The notes under the pieces were generated by a model that saw nothing but the letters and a program-made list of their open reading frames with translations, was not told the DNA's origin and made no database searches. This document shows, piece after piece, positions 32,097-44,682 of a stretch of DNA of 64,000 nt. Each line of letters starts with the position of its first letter. The stretch's first letter is position 1. Position numbers and translations under genes: made by a program. Source of the stretch: Monocercomonoides exilis PA203 (lineage: Eukaryota; Protista; Preaxostyla); the NCBI GenBank assembly GCA_001643675.2, contig LSRY02000031.1, forward strand, positions 1 to 64,000, in the 5' to 3' direction.

Positions 32097-35000
32097 TTGA
32101 TTCCGTTAAAAAAAATAATTCTCAACACATTTTTATATGGCGCCTATTTCGATCCAAAGAATGACACATCGTTTGCTCCTGATAACGTCTTTTGGGTGTT
32201 GAGAAAAGGAGAAAAAGGTACAGAAAGATATTTGTTTGTTCATACTCCAACTTCGCATTCTTTTAAGAACGAACAAACAAGAAGCGACATCATTCATAGA
32301 GAAGAGACAACTGATAACGAGAAAATTGAGCACAGTGAGAACACAACAGCATTAGATTCTTCTTTCTATAAAGCAACAGGAAATGAAAGAAATGAAGGAA
32401 ATTCATCAAACGAAAACAAAGTGAAAGAAGGAAGTGCCTTGATTGCAGCTGTTCAGAGAGAAGTTGAACAGAAAGGAGAGAGAAGCAACTCTTATACTCA
32501 GATTGACATCGCTTGCATTGAAATAGGCAGCATACCAAAGGTGACAAAACACATTCTATCAACACTCACTTCTTATGTGATGATGTTTACAGACATTTCT
32601 AATATTGTCATTTTTTTGGAGATTTAGAACAACACAAGGCAACTGAACACAACAAATTTCACAGAGATTTGTATTTCTCTAAATTCAGATTCAGATTCAT
32701 ATTCATATTCAGATACAGCAACGTCACAAACAACGATGACTGCCACAGTATCATCGAATTCTGCATCCCCTTCAACACCTTCTGCTTCACCACAATCTTC
32801 AATAGCAGACTTGTCGTTCAGCATTCTGCAAGAAATATTCTCGTCAGCTGCAGATGTTGAGCATTTCTTCCTGTTTAGCTACTCCTTTTCCTCCTCTTTC
32901 AAAGAAATGCCTCTTCTTTTCAATGGTTCAAATGATCAATTTACTCATTTCCTGCTATTTGAGTCAAGAAAAACAATGCATCGAATTATGCAGCAGATGA
33001 CAGAACTGCTTGTTATGAGAAAAGAGGAAATACTGAATGAGATGCAGACGCTGAATGAATGGCTCAGATTAGTTGATTTGAGTTCTCGACATTCAGTTGA
33101 CAAAAGAGGAGGAAGAATTGGAAAGAGCCATGCCACCAAATGTAATTGTGACAGGTTTCATCAAAGCAAAGTTTACCCAACTGCAATTCTTGTTGGAGCT
33201 TAATTCTGCTGACAAATGGAGATGAACAGATAGTCCTTAAAATGTAATTCAGAAACAGATAAAGCTGATTTGCTTGCTTCATTTCCAGCTTTTCTTGGTA
33301 CGCAAAAGTATCGTCATTGTTATGGATGTTCTTGTGAACATTTCAACAGACAACTTGGGTGTGTCTATGCTAAAGATATCTGAATTCTCAGAAATGGCAG
33401 GTGCTCAGATGATTGCACAAGGCGGGAACTACGAATGGCTCTGCGAAATATTCTCAGAGCGGGAAAAAGCGAAGACAGAAATCAAAACAAGGAGGAGCAC
33501 TTTGCAGACGAATAGAAACGATGAAGGAAAAGGCACTGCCAATGAGTCAGACGAAGCACTCCAAAATGAGAAAGCCACATCTTCTGATGGAAAAAGTGTG
33601 CATTCAGGAAAAGTGACAGAATCACAATACAAGGCAAACATTGCGTTGCGGTTTATGGAACTAGAACATAATGAGAAGGATGCATTTTGATACAGAAAGA
33701 AAAGATTACGGCAGTTTCCAGGTGCTGATTCTTGCTCACTCAAAGTTATTTTCTCACCTTCCGTAATTGACATATTTGACTATCCAATTGATGCATTCGC
33801 GTGCGAGATATCGTCATCAATGCTCATAGAACAAGAAAAAAGAGCATCATATTTTGAGGCTACTCTCATTTTGATAGAGTCAATCATCACTTTCATCTAT
33901 ATCATGAGGAGCATGAGAGTGAATATTGAAGGACTCCCAAATGACCAAACAGAAGACGAAGAAAATAACAACCAACAAGATGGAAACGAAGAAGTCGACA
34001 GGCATTATCATAAAGATGAATCGAGAGAAGAAGGAGTTGGAGTTGGAGTTGGAGAAGGAGGAGAAGGATCATTTGAAGAGGGAGCTATTGAAGACGAAAT
34101 AGAAGAAGAAAGGCAAGAAGGAAGAGAAAGAGACGGAGAAGGAGAGCGAGCCAAAAAGAGAAAAAAGGAAGGCATTGGAAATGAAGATGGAGACAAAATT
34201 GAAATAAAACCTCAACAACAACCACACAAAGAAGTTGAATGCAAAGAAACAAAAAATGCAACTTGTTTTGAAGGCACTACTGTTCTGCGGACGAGCGATC
34301 TTAACGAGTTTATTACACAGCATACACACTATCGACCAGAAAACTTTGCAGAGAAGAATTCTTCAGTTGCGGTCGAAGCGTTTCAAACTCTTTCAGAGAT
34401 ACAACCAAGTTGTCTGAAAATAAGCGAGAGGAAAAAGTCAACAAGAAGACAACGAAAATGCTTTGACATTTTTCAATGAAGCAGAAAGAATGAGATTAAA
34501 TGGCTGAATAGCAACCGTGAAAGAGAATTTTTGATTGTTGAGCCTGTTGTTTGGAACACTGAAGCTGAAGTGATGAAATGCACAAACAAGTGGGATCAAC
34601 GTCATACAGAAAGAGAAAAAGAAAGAGAAAAGAAAAAATAGAGAACTGGATATGATTGAGATTTATCTTTGGCATTTCAAACAAGCAATGCAAGCTATCT
34701 TGACAGCATTACGTGGAGAGAAAGAAGATGGATGATGTGGGAAGGAAAGGAGCTAAAAGTTGTCTGTTGCATAGTTGATGAACCGGCAGAGACAACAATA
34801 CGTGAAACCAACATGAAAAGATTACAGGAATACTTGATTAAAAAGAGAAAGAAAGAAAATGAACAAAAGTTGACGAATATTAAAAATTAACTTTCGAGCA
34901 AGTTTTTTGGTTCACAAAAGAAGCCATACGAAGATGAGGAAGTGAAATCCACTAGCAGATTTGCACTTGCAAACGAAGAGGTTTCAGAATTGTGTGCGAA

Positions 35001-38000
35001 TAATAACGGGGAGATTCCAACAAAAGAATGCATTCAAAAGCTTACAAAAATAAGTGCAATACATCCCACTGTTCAGAATCAGAGCGGAGGTCACTATGAA
35101 ATCCACAGATTCACTCGCTTACCTGATTCTTCACCTTCTGGATATATCTGTGATTTTATCATTCCTATTCTTACGGCTGGCCCTCGCTCCACATTCTGTT
35201 ATGCGCTTTTTACTCTTCCGCTTTCTATTTCTGAGGTTCTTTCTTCGAAGATATCGTTAAAGCCGATCATCAAAGAGATTGTTAAGCTTTCTTCGAAGAT
35301 CACTGTCTCCAATTTGAAGTGGATCGATACAAATTCAAATGAAGAGATGAATTACTATTGGAAGAACATGTACACCAAACAGGCAACGCCACAAGAAGAA
35401 AAAGAAAAAGAAGATGGTAAACGAGAGCGAATCTTCGTGCAAAACTTCCAAAGTTGCAACTGTTGAATCACAGATATCAAATGGCGGAGTATTAAATGAA
35501 TAAGAAAAATAGACAAAAGCTAAAGAAAAGAAATTAACAACAGGAAAAAAAGAAAAAACAATATCTGAATCAAAAATGAATGGTGAAATCGAAAAGTACA
35601 GAAAATCGGAAAATTTGAAAGAACCAAACGATGAAGATGTTGGAAACAAGGAGCAAATTACTTCTTTGCGGCAAGATCAATTTCTTCCACTTTATGAGCA
35701 TTATCATTCACACACTATGAGCAGCATTCCTTCAGGCACTTTTGTAAACAATGTGATTCTTTCTTCACCAAATGAAGCACTTTTGCTCGAAACAAATAAT
35801 TATACATTGCTCTGTGCTAATGCCACCACAACTGTTCTTCTCTCTGAATTGCTCCAAAGTTGCACAAAGAACATTCAATTACTTGATGGAAACGATTCTT
35901 CTTCAAACAATAAGAATGGAGAAGATAGAAAAGATACCGGCAAAGCATCACTTTCAACAATTGAATCTATTTCGAATCAACTTTTGCCTCTGAAATGTCC
36001 ATTTGTTCCTCCGCCATCTGCAATTTGCCATTTTACAGTGGATGACTTTGCAGTAGTTGTTGAATGCCGACGGATTGAATGGCTTGCAGACACTCCAAAC
36101 AGAGCAGAAGTGGAGTAGGAAAGCCAACTCAGAGCGAAACTATGGCTAAAAGAGATTGTGGAAGGAGAGTACATCGCAGCAAAGGCGATGGAGTTGACTG
36201 TTCCACTTCATCCTGGAGCGTATTGGTGCACGGAAACAGAAGCCGAATACTGGGAGTGAATCAAAGATGCGATGAAAGAGAAGTGTAAATCAATGGATAA
36301 TTGCATTTCAATCACAGAATTCTTTACTATCAATCCGGATCATTGCTTCTTTGAACGTCTGGCTGAACTTCAAGCACTGACAAAGTTTCTCGTAGGAATG
36401 TTTAAGCCAGTGATGATTTTTGTAGAAATATCGAACGGAGAGAAGAGGATAAAAGGATGGGAGATGTTTGAAAGGCTGAAGGAGCTGAAAGAAAACAGAG
36501 AGACAATTCAGCGTGTTGTCAAAAGAAGACAAGATTGGCCAATGCGACGAGCAATGCAGAAAGAGGCAGAAAGAATAATGGAACAAGACAGAATGACGTG
36601 GGGTCATCAGCACCCTCTCAAAGAAGAGCACAAAATGTTGATTCTATTTCAGACACCAGCGAGCTTTGGCCTAAAGATGAAGATTCTCAACTCTCTGGCC
36701 TTTGAACAGAAGCAAAAGTTGTATCAGTGGCCAAATAGAACGGCAGAGATATCAGAAGAAATAGCACATGACAAAGCAATCATTCGGAAGTTCAAACGAG
36801 AAAAGCTGCGAGAGATTAAGGATCTTCTCAGCAAAAAGACATTTTTGACACGATTGGAGAGGAAAGACGAGGAGAAAAAGGAGTTGGACAACTTGAAGCA
36901 TCTTCTGAAGCAAAAAGCAGCACATCTCAAATACCAGAAACAAGAAGAAAAGAATTCTTTCCTGAAGACAATTGATAAGATTCTGAATAGAAGCCAAAGA
37001 GGTCGCAGCGAGATGCTTGTGGCGCCGGCTCTTTTTTCTTTAAAAGAAGGATTAGTTCGAAGACGCAGAATATCAACTTCTCTGTCTTCATCATCCTCAG
37101 CATCCATGTCGCCATCTCTGGTCCTTTCACCTTATTCCTCCTCTTCAAATTCAGAGTCGCCTTTCAGTCATTCATCTGCTCATCCGCTTTCTCTGTCGCC
37201 TCATCGTTCGCGATGCCATCACCACCACATCCACGTTCACCATCCCAGAAACCACAGAAAGAGCACACAGAAAATACAAAATTCTGCTTTTAATGCGAAG
37301 AAAGCAACTCGCCCAGATAAGAAATCGAAACGGAAGCTAATTCCAAAAGCGAAGAGCCAAATTTCACCATCTTTGGAAAAGGAGAAGTTTTATAGTGATG
37401 AAAGAATAACCAAATTGCATCAAATAAAGAAACTAGCTTGCTTGTGAAATCTTCCTTGTTCAATTTTTTGGATCGCAATTCATTATCACCTTCATCTTTG
37501 TACTCGTCGCATACTTCTCCTTCTCGCTCTTTCTCAATAAGATGTGAGTCCACTTCGTCCATTTGTTCCACTCTCTCGTGTGTTGAGCTTCCGTGGGAAG
37601 AGGATGCAGAATATTCAGAGTCAGACGAAGAATGTGTGCTCCAGGAACGACACGTCAGGAAGATGGAGAAGAGAATAACCATCATACAGCAAAAATTAGC
37701 AGAGCGGAACAGAAAACAAGAGCTGAAAAGAAGACTGCAGAGGAAGCTCAGAAAGGAGCGATTCTTCATCTTAAATGGATTCAGCATGTGAGCCAGCTCA
37801 GAGAGATCAACGACATCAGAGAAAAGATGAAGATTAAAGAAGAGCGGCGGAAGCTTATTTCCAGAGAAGCTAAAGCAGAGGAAAAGAAAGCGATTGATAG
37901 ACTGAAGCGACAAAAAGAAGAAATGCAAAAGAAACACACTTCAATCGAAAAACAGCGCTCGAAATAGATCGATCAAATTGTTGAGCTGAGAAAGAGAATC

Positions 38001-39079
38001 AACAAACTATCTTTGTCAACTTCTCCAAAGAAAGAGCCAGATGAAAAGAAGATGATGAAAGTGGAACAAAAAGTATTCCAAAAGATCAGGAGTTATGAAG
38101 AAGGAATGGATTGAGAAATGAATGAAGAGCAAACAAAAAGCGATTTGGACAAAAACGACAAAAGAAAGCTATCAAAAACTCAACCAGTGGACACTACAAA
38201 TTTTATTCCTCTTGCAACAATTGCCAGCATTTTGGAAGCAGAGAAGAAGGAAGAAAAGGTTGCAGAAGCAGAAAACGATTCCAAAAATGATAAAACAAAA
38301 ACAGATGAAAAGCCAATATATAAATTAGAAGAAAGTAAAGAAGACACTAAGCTTATAGAAAAAGAGCTAACAAAGCAAACTGAGGAGGAAAAGGGAAATG
38401 AGAAAAGCTCTATACTAAGCAAAATGGATTAATTGCCATCACAACAAACTCAGAAAGAGTCAGAAGAAGAGCAAAAATTATCGAAAGCGGATGAAGCTTC
38501 TGTCGAAGAAGCCACGAGCAAAGCAAACACAGCTACCCAATCAGAAGACATTGAAATAATAGACACAAGTTTGAAGACTTCGAAGCATTCGTCGACGTCT
38601 CCATAAGACAATGACGAAGACGATAATGATGACCTTCCATTTTCTCGTCTGAGAAATGGAACAGCCTCTTCGCGAACGAGGCTGTACACTTTGTCCTGCT
38701 TCACATCTTCAATTGTCGCTTCGATGAATCTCATCAAGGATCACGTTTCTCTATCGACACAGTCATCCTTCTTCTCTGCTCTCTCAATGATGATTTCTGA
38801 GCTGCGTTGCGAATACCCTTTTCCACCGCGTTCACGCTCACCCAGAAAGCCCTCCTTCCATCTCTTCCATTGCCCCTTTTCTTGAATTATTTGAAGAAAC
38901 GAAGACACAGAGAAGGCAGACCGCGACTCGGAAAAGGGTCAAAGCAGTGCGAAAGAGCAGCAGAAACACTGTTGCAGATGATGAGCGTGCAACTGCTCAC
39001 TGAATCAAGAGGGAATCTGTCAAAAGGAGACAAAAGAAAGCTGAGTCAGCTGGAGAAGATTCTGAATGAAGGCGAATAG
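32097..39079 (+). pseudogene. Large decayed host-like gene (cargo of the Sola-like element)
   Basis: Chain of co-oriented ORF fragments with low-complexity E/K/S tracts, separated by stops and frameshifts; no domain recognised. Confidence 0.55.
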
Positions 39080-39487
39080 GGGAACAAGATAGGAAACAGT
39101 CCGAGCGACAGGATTATGCAAATAGCGATGAAGATGGACGAGATGGGGAGAAGCAGAATTCATAACCATTGGAGAAGAAACGACAGTGATGACGACGATT
39201 CAGACAGAGACTTTGATGGAGATTTGGATGAGATTGAAATGCTTGTGAAAATGAGGTAGTTGGAGTCGGATCGTTTACGAGATAATCAAAAAGAAGGTTC
39301 GTAAACAGATAGCGAACAAATTGAGAAAGACAGAAGATTATGATGAAATTTTATACTTGGTTGAATTATTTGAACAATTGTTAATGAGACGATAAACTAT
39401 TGAAATGGAAAAAATAAATAAACAAATAAGCAAGTCGATGCGTGTCATCAAAATCTGATGAACGCAAAATGTCTGCAGTGATACGTA

Positions 39488-42089
39488 TTAAGTGGAACTG
39501 GAACAGTTATCTTCTTCATCTTCATTATCTTCTTCATCTTCATTATCTTCTTCATCTTCATTATCTTCTTCATTATCTTTTTCTTTTTCTTCAACGTCAT
39601 CGTCTTCGTCTTCTTCATCAGAAAGAATAACAGCTTCCTTCCTTCTTTCATCATCTTCAAAATCCCATTGGCAAACATTTTGAGAAAAAGTGCATCTTGG
39701 TTCATTATCAAAATTATCTGTTTCTTCGTCTGTTTCTTCTTCGTTTCTCGGGATTTCAAAACGCTTGCACTTTTCTTTTTTCCCTTCATATCTTCCAAGA
39801 ATAAGTGCAAGCGTTTGTTTCCCAGTGGGAAATGACAAGCAAGAATACTTCTTGCTTGTTGCTTGTTTCTTTGCTTTTTCGAAAGAAACAGCAACCCTCA
39901 CTTCACTCCATCTTGTATTTTCTTCTTCGTTGTATGGAGCAGCGAAAATTCTTCCTTCTTCGCTGCTCCATAAAAGATTTAATTTTAAATCTTTAACCCT
40001 CAGCTTCGGTGAGACTCTCACCTGAAGCCGAGGGGTGTATGGGAGGAAGTGCCTATTGATTGAGGCACTTCCTATCTCATCTGTTGATGAGTCAAATCTT
40101 TTTTTGAAAAAAGAGATTAGCTCATCAACAGATGAGATGTCCTCTCGAGAGTTCCGCGTTTCTCTCGAGAGGACCCCAAATTCTCCATCCACTTCGCTTT
40201 TTCCGTGACCTTCAGCAAAGAAGGAAAGCGAAGTGGATGAGAATTTTTTTAAAACAGAAGATGAAGGATAAAGAACAAAGTGGAGGAATGCTCCATTTCG
40301 AAAGTGTGGGCCACAATCAGCCCACACTTTCAAAGAGGTTATTTGTTTAAATTGATTTTTTGTTTTACTGAGGACTGTTTCAAGGCAGTCAACTGCGTAT
40401 CTGCTGTCTTTTGATAAAACAGTTGAAAAGAAGTTGAAACAATTTTTGACAATAATGTTTTTTTGAATCATGAAAACAATTATTCCCAGATGAGAGACTT
40501 CTTTCTTTTCATAGAAATCTCGAGATATTTGAGTTTGTCTGATTGGAAGAGTCCAGTTTTGTTTGTAGTCAAGCAAAACCAGAATCTCACTTTCTTTTAG
40601 CTCATCAAGATTTTTGTTGAACTTTTCTCTTTCTTTCTTTTCAATAATTTCGTGCTTTTTCAAGATTCTTAATTCTTCTTTTTCTTCATCTGTTAATTCG
40701 ATTGTTTTCATTTTTATTTCCAAACAATTCTTTCGATAACACAGATTGCATATATCTGTTCTGTTTTTTGCTTTCTTCACGTGTTTAGACATTTTGCAAA
40801 AATGAGAAAAACTTATATTTAGACCTGTTTCTTTTCTCATATTTTTCCAAAGTTCATATTTTGTTGAAAAGAAAATTCTTTCTTCATTCTTTAAAAAAAT
40901 TCTTCCATCTATTTCATTCATCAAATTTGTGTTTCTATTGATACAATCTCGTTCGAATATAATACGGTTTTTTCTCTGTTCTTCTTTTGTTGTTAGTGAA
41001 GTTGTTTCCTTAGAGATAAATATGGTGGATGAGGCAACTGGTGCGGATGATGTTAACAGTGAGACAGATGATGCAGAAGATGTGAATGAAGAAAATAAAG
41101 CAGATGAAGCAGACGAGGCAGATGAATCAAATGAGGCAGTGGAGCGAGCTGGTTGTGCTGCTAAGGCAGAAGGGGTGAATGAAGAAAATAAAGCAGATGA
41201 AGCAGACGAGGCAGATGAAGTAGACGAGGCAGTGGAGCGAGCTGGTTGTGCTGCTAAGGCAGAAGAGGTGAATGAAGCTGATGTTGAATTGATGTTGCAT
41301 TTGTTCCTAATTGTTTTTTGTATTTGATCATGATCGATATATGGATATTTAAAAGTGTTTGCATGTGAAGAAGATAAATTTGTTGAATTGGACAGTTGAA
41401 ATAAAATGGGTGAAGAAATGTTCTCAACTGTCAAGTGTGATGGATTTTTCAAAAAATCAATATCATCATCTGACAAATCAATGAGTAACTTTTTGTTTTT
41501 TTTTTTGAGTTTTACCACTTTCAGTTGTATTCCGCTTTAACCACCATTCACAAAATAGAAAATCATAATTCGATAAAGCTGAATATTTATATTATTTTAT
41601 TGAAGTTAAAGATGTGAAGTGCAAACGATTTCTAACTTTTGGTAATGCTTTTCTTTCACTGTTTTGAACAGAGTAACCGTGAAGTTTGAGCATCCGTTTT
41701 GCATGGTTAACATTATTTTTTGTGCAATTCCATTGAGAATTGCGCAAATCTTTTTCTGTAACAGCATTCAAAAACGACTCCAACAAAAGAATCTTGTTCT
41801 TTTTATCAAGAATGTCGTATAACAAACCGGAATGAAACAGCAAATTGTTAAACTTTTCTATCCATTGAAAACGATTTTCAAAATTATTTTTTAATGACTG
41901 ATAATACTAATAGATACAACCATTCAATGCTTCATTCAAATACTGCAGTATTTTGTTTCCTTCCAAAGAATGTTCCAAAAAATATTGAATGAACAATTTT
42001 TCTTCATGTTTTGCACAAATTTGTAAAAATTTGAAAAGTTCTTCACATAGTTGAGATTTCCTGCTTGAAGATAATTGCGAAAAAAGCAT
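39488..42089 (-). CDS. Sola-like DDD transposase (5' part interrupted by stops/introns and a poly-T frameshift)
   Basis: TDICNLC, LLDYKQNW (D1), VWADCGPHFRN (D2), FFAEGHGKSEVDGEFG (D3). Acidic tail with 18-bp repeats. Upstream pieces 41907-42089 and 41592-41843 share a frame; a possible GT..AG intron spans ~41580-41640. Confidence 0.75.
41082..41277. repeat. 93-bp tandem duplication (x2) encoding a Ser/Ala-rich insert in the transposase
   Basis: GTGAATGAAG unit starts at 41082, 41175 and 41268. Confidence 0.85.
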
Positions 42090-44262
42090 TTTTTAAAAAA
42101 AAAATTTCTTTATTAATGGGAACGGAATGATCAACATTTTTTGATCATTTTTGATCTAATTTTCAGATCAGTTAAACGTTTGCGACTTTTCAAAAAGAAT
42201 TACCCATATAACCCAATATTGATTAGTGTTCGGTTTGCTGTGAGTATTTTTGTGATGAATTTATCCTTTGAACAGTTGCTCGTGTTTATAACTTGTGCAG
42301 AAATTAATTTGAAGCAATGTGCCACTGATATGGTAAGTTTTATGTCTTCTTTAATTTATAATTTCGTTGGTATTTTTGTTTTTACTATATTTATCGAATG
42401 ATGCAGTATGAAACTAATTAAAGGTGAAAAGCCAATAAGAAGTTGATGAATATGAGATTTGCATCGAAATGAAGACTTCTATTTTGCATAAAAATGAAAA
42501 TATGAAATGGAACTTTTTCGCAACTCTGCGAAAGAAATGTTCATTTATAATTATTTATTTTTTTGTTTTCTACCAATATTTGAGGATTAATTTTCAATTT
42601 CACCTTTTTTTAAGTGAATATCTGTATGCAATATTGTTAAAACTTGATTTATGTGAGTATTTTATTAATCTGTATCAAAGAGTTTATTGTTTTAATTAAC
42701 TGTTGATTAGTTGAAATTCTTTCTAATAATATATATTCATGCTTTTTTTTATAATTCATTCTTTGCCGTTATGTTTTTTATTTTGTGAGTTTATTTTCAT
42801 GCTATTTACATCTTGTTAAAGAAGAATAAAACTAATATATTGTGAAATATGCATATAAATTAAGAATATATAAATAAAACAATGTTCAAATAAATACACG
42901 ATTTCATTTTGATAAAGAATTTAAATATCGTTTCGTTTTTCTCTCCAAAAGCATTTGAGGTCAATTAGAAAAATAAAATTACTTAAAATCAGTTGTATTT
43001 ATAAATTCTGATGCGAAAATGAATAATTTATTTGTTAAAAAGTTTGTAAATGCAAATCAAAAAGATAAACGACAACATTCACTCAGTACATTTCAATAAA
43101 CTTTCTAAATATCAATAATAAATAAATATAGCTTCTGAAACAAATTTTTCAATTCAAAAAATCTGAATTCTTCAAAAGTATTTATTTATTAGGCATCAAA
43201 CGAGTGAAATTGATAATGCTAAAAATAAAAGTTGAAAATCAATATATGAAGCGGAAAAATTGGTGATATACAAACTGTCAACGTTGTGGATTATGTCTAT
43301 ACCAAAAAAACATCAAAAAATCAATGTTAAAACTAAAAGAAGGAATTTAATTTAACAGTTGAGCTCAAAAATGAAAAGTTTGGCACGAGTTATTTTTAAA
43401 TAGCATGGTTTGATCGACATTAAAAAAGGACAGATCAACATTCTTTGGGACAGACTGTAATGTTTTAATGAAAAATCAAGAATTGGAAATGTCCCTTTAA
43501 TACACCTATGCCTAAATACTATCAATATTCTGTAGTTTTAATGTTATTCCAAATCTCGCTTCAATACTCGTTTGTTATTCCTAACAAAAAAAAGAATGAT
43601 ACCACATAATATTTTGTTTATAAGTCCAAAAAATATCATATCTTCATTTTGTTTAAATATCTCACGATTTCTCGTGGTTTCAGTTTCTGAAATTGTCTCG
43701 ATGTATAACAAAGAAATATTTCCAATAATTATCTAATAATATTTTGTAGCTTCTGTCCTTGATATTATTTCTTCACAATTCGCGGCTCTCTGTTCGACAT
43801 TTTCAGCTGTACGCAGTCTTTGTTTCGAATGATGTATTTCGCACTTTGATCCATGCAAATTCTTCGATGATAATTTTTCATTCTTTTTTGTTTCAAAAAT
43901 AGATCTAATTCCTTTCCATCGCCGTCTCTGTATTTTTTGTCACAGGCTGTTGCTTCTTTTTGTTGCGGACAATTAAGATCAACTTTGAATTTGAGTATTG
44001 GCCATGTTAGATCTTATACCGCCCATAAATCGTGATCAATACTCATAATCGAGGAGCAAACCTGCTCCTTGCGTTCGTAGATTCGCTCTATTGCGAATCA
44101 TTTCATTTTTTGATCCTCACTGCAAACAACCAATTAATTGTTCTTTTCAAATTAATGATAACAAAATTATTTCGAATATTTCTTTTCTGAAACTTTTATT
44201 TTGGAGCCGAAATATTCAATTTCAATTTCATAAAAACATTTATTAATTATTTTTCATAATAT

Positions 44263-44502
44263 CTGTTATTCTTTTTGAAAAGTCACAAATATTTAATTTT
44301 CAAAAAAATCAAAAATTTCATATCTTTATTAAATTTCTGTTTCAGATCACAAATCTTCAAAAGTATGTATGAAATAGCATTATCAATTTACAGATTCCAT
44401 TAAATTAAAGTTTGATATTTGTAAACAAAATATTAAGGAAAACATGAAAATTTTGATTTTATTGAGAATTAAACATTTGTGACTTTTCAAAAAGAATCAC
44501 CC
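44263..44502. mobile_element. 240-bp Sola-family MITE (foldback)
   Basis: TIR core ATTCTTTTTGAAAAGTC shared with element 31324-42205; ATAT on both flanks; left terminus degraded. Confidence 0.75.
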
Positions 44503-44682
44503 ATATATTTGAGTGAAATGTTTGAAATGAGGTTAAAATAAATTGGAAAAGTTGAAATGGAGGAACTAACAGAAAATGCAAAAAAAAGAAGAAGAAAATG
44601 AAAATATAGCAAAAATGAAAAACAATATTTTAAGAATGAATACACATGGAAAAACAAGAAGAGCCAATAATCAACCTCACTT

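Larger units (their letters stand above)
31324..42205 (-). mobile_element. Sola-like DNA transposon (10.9 kb) with ATAT TSD
   Basis: ATAT|GGGTAATTCTTTTTGAAAAGTCGC at 31324 and GCGACTTTTCAAAAAGAATTACCC|ATAT ending at 42205. A transposase gene starts about 115 bp inside the right TIR. Confidence 0.8.
6502..43457. mobile_element. Tc1/mariner-type non-autonomous element (outer shell, ~1.3 kb once nested inserts are removed)
   Basis: TA|CAGTCTGTCCCAAAAAAATGTTGATCTGTCCTTTTTTAATGTCGATC at 6502 and its inverse (1 mismatch) ending at 43457, followed by TA. Similarity to the right TIR resumes after the inserts (ATACCAT at 31299). Confidence 0.75.
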
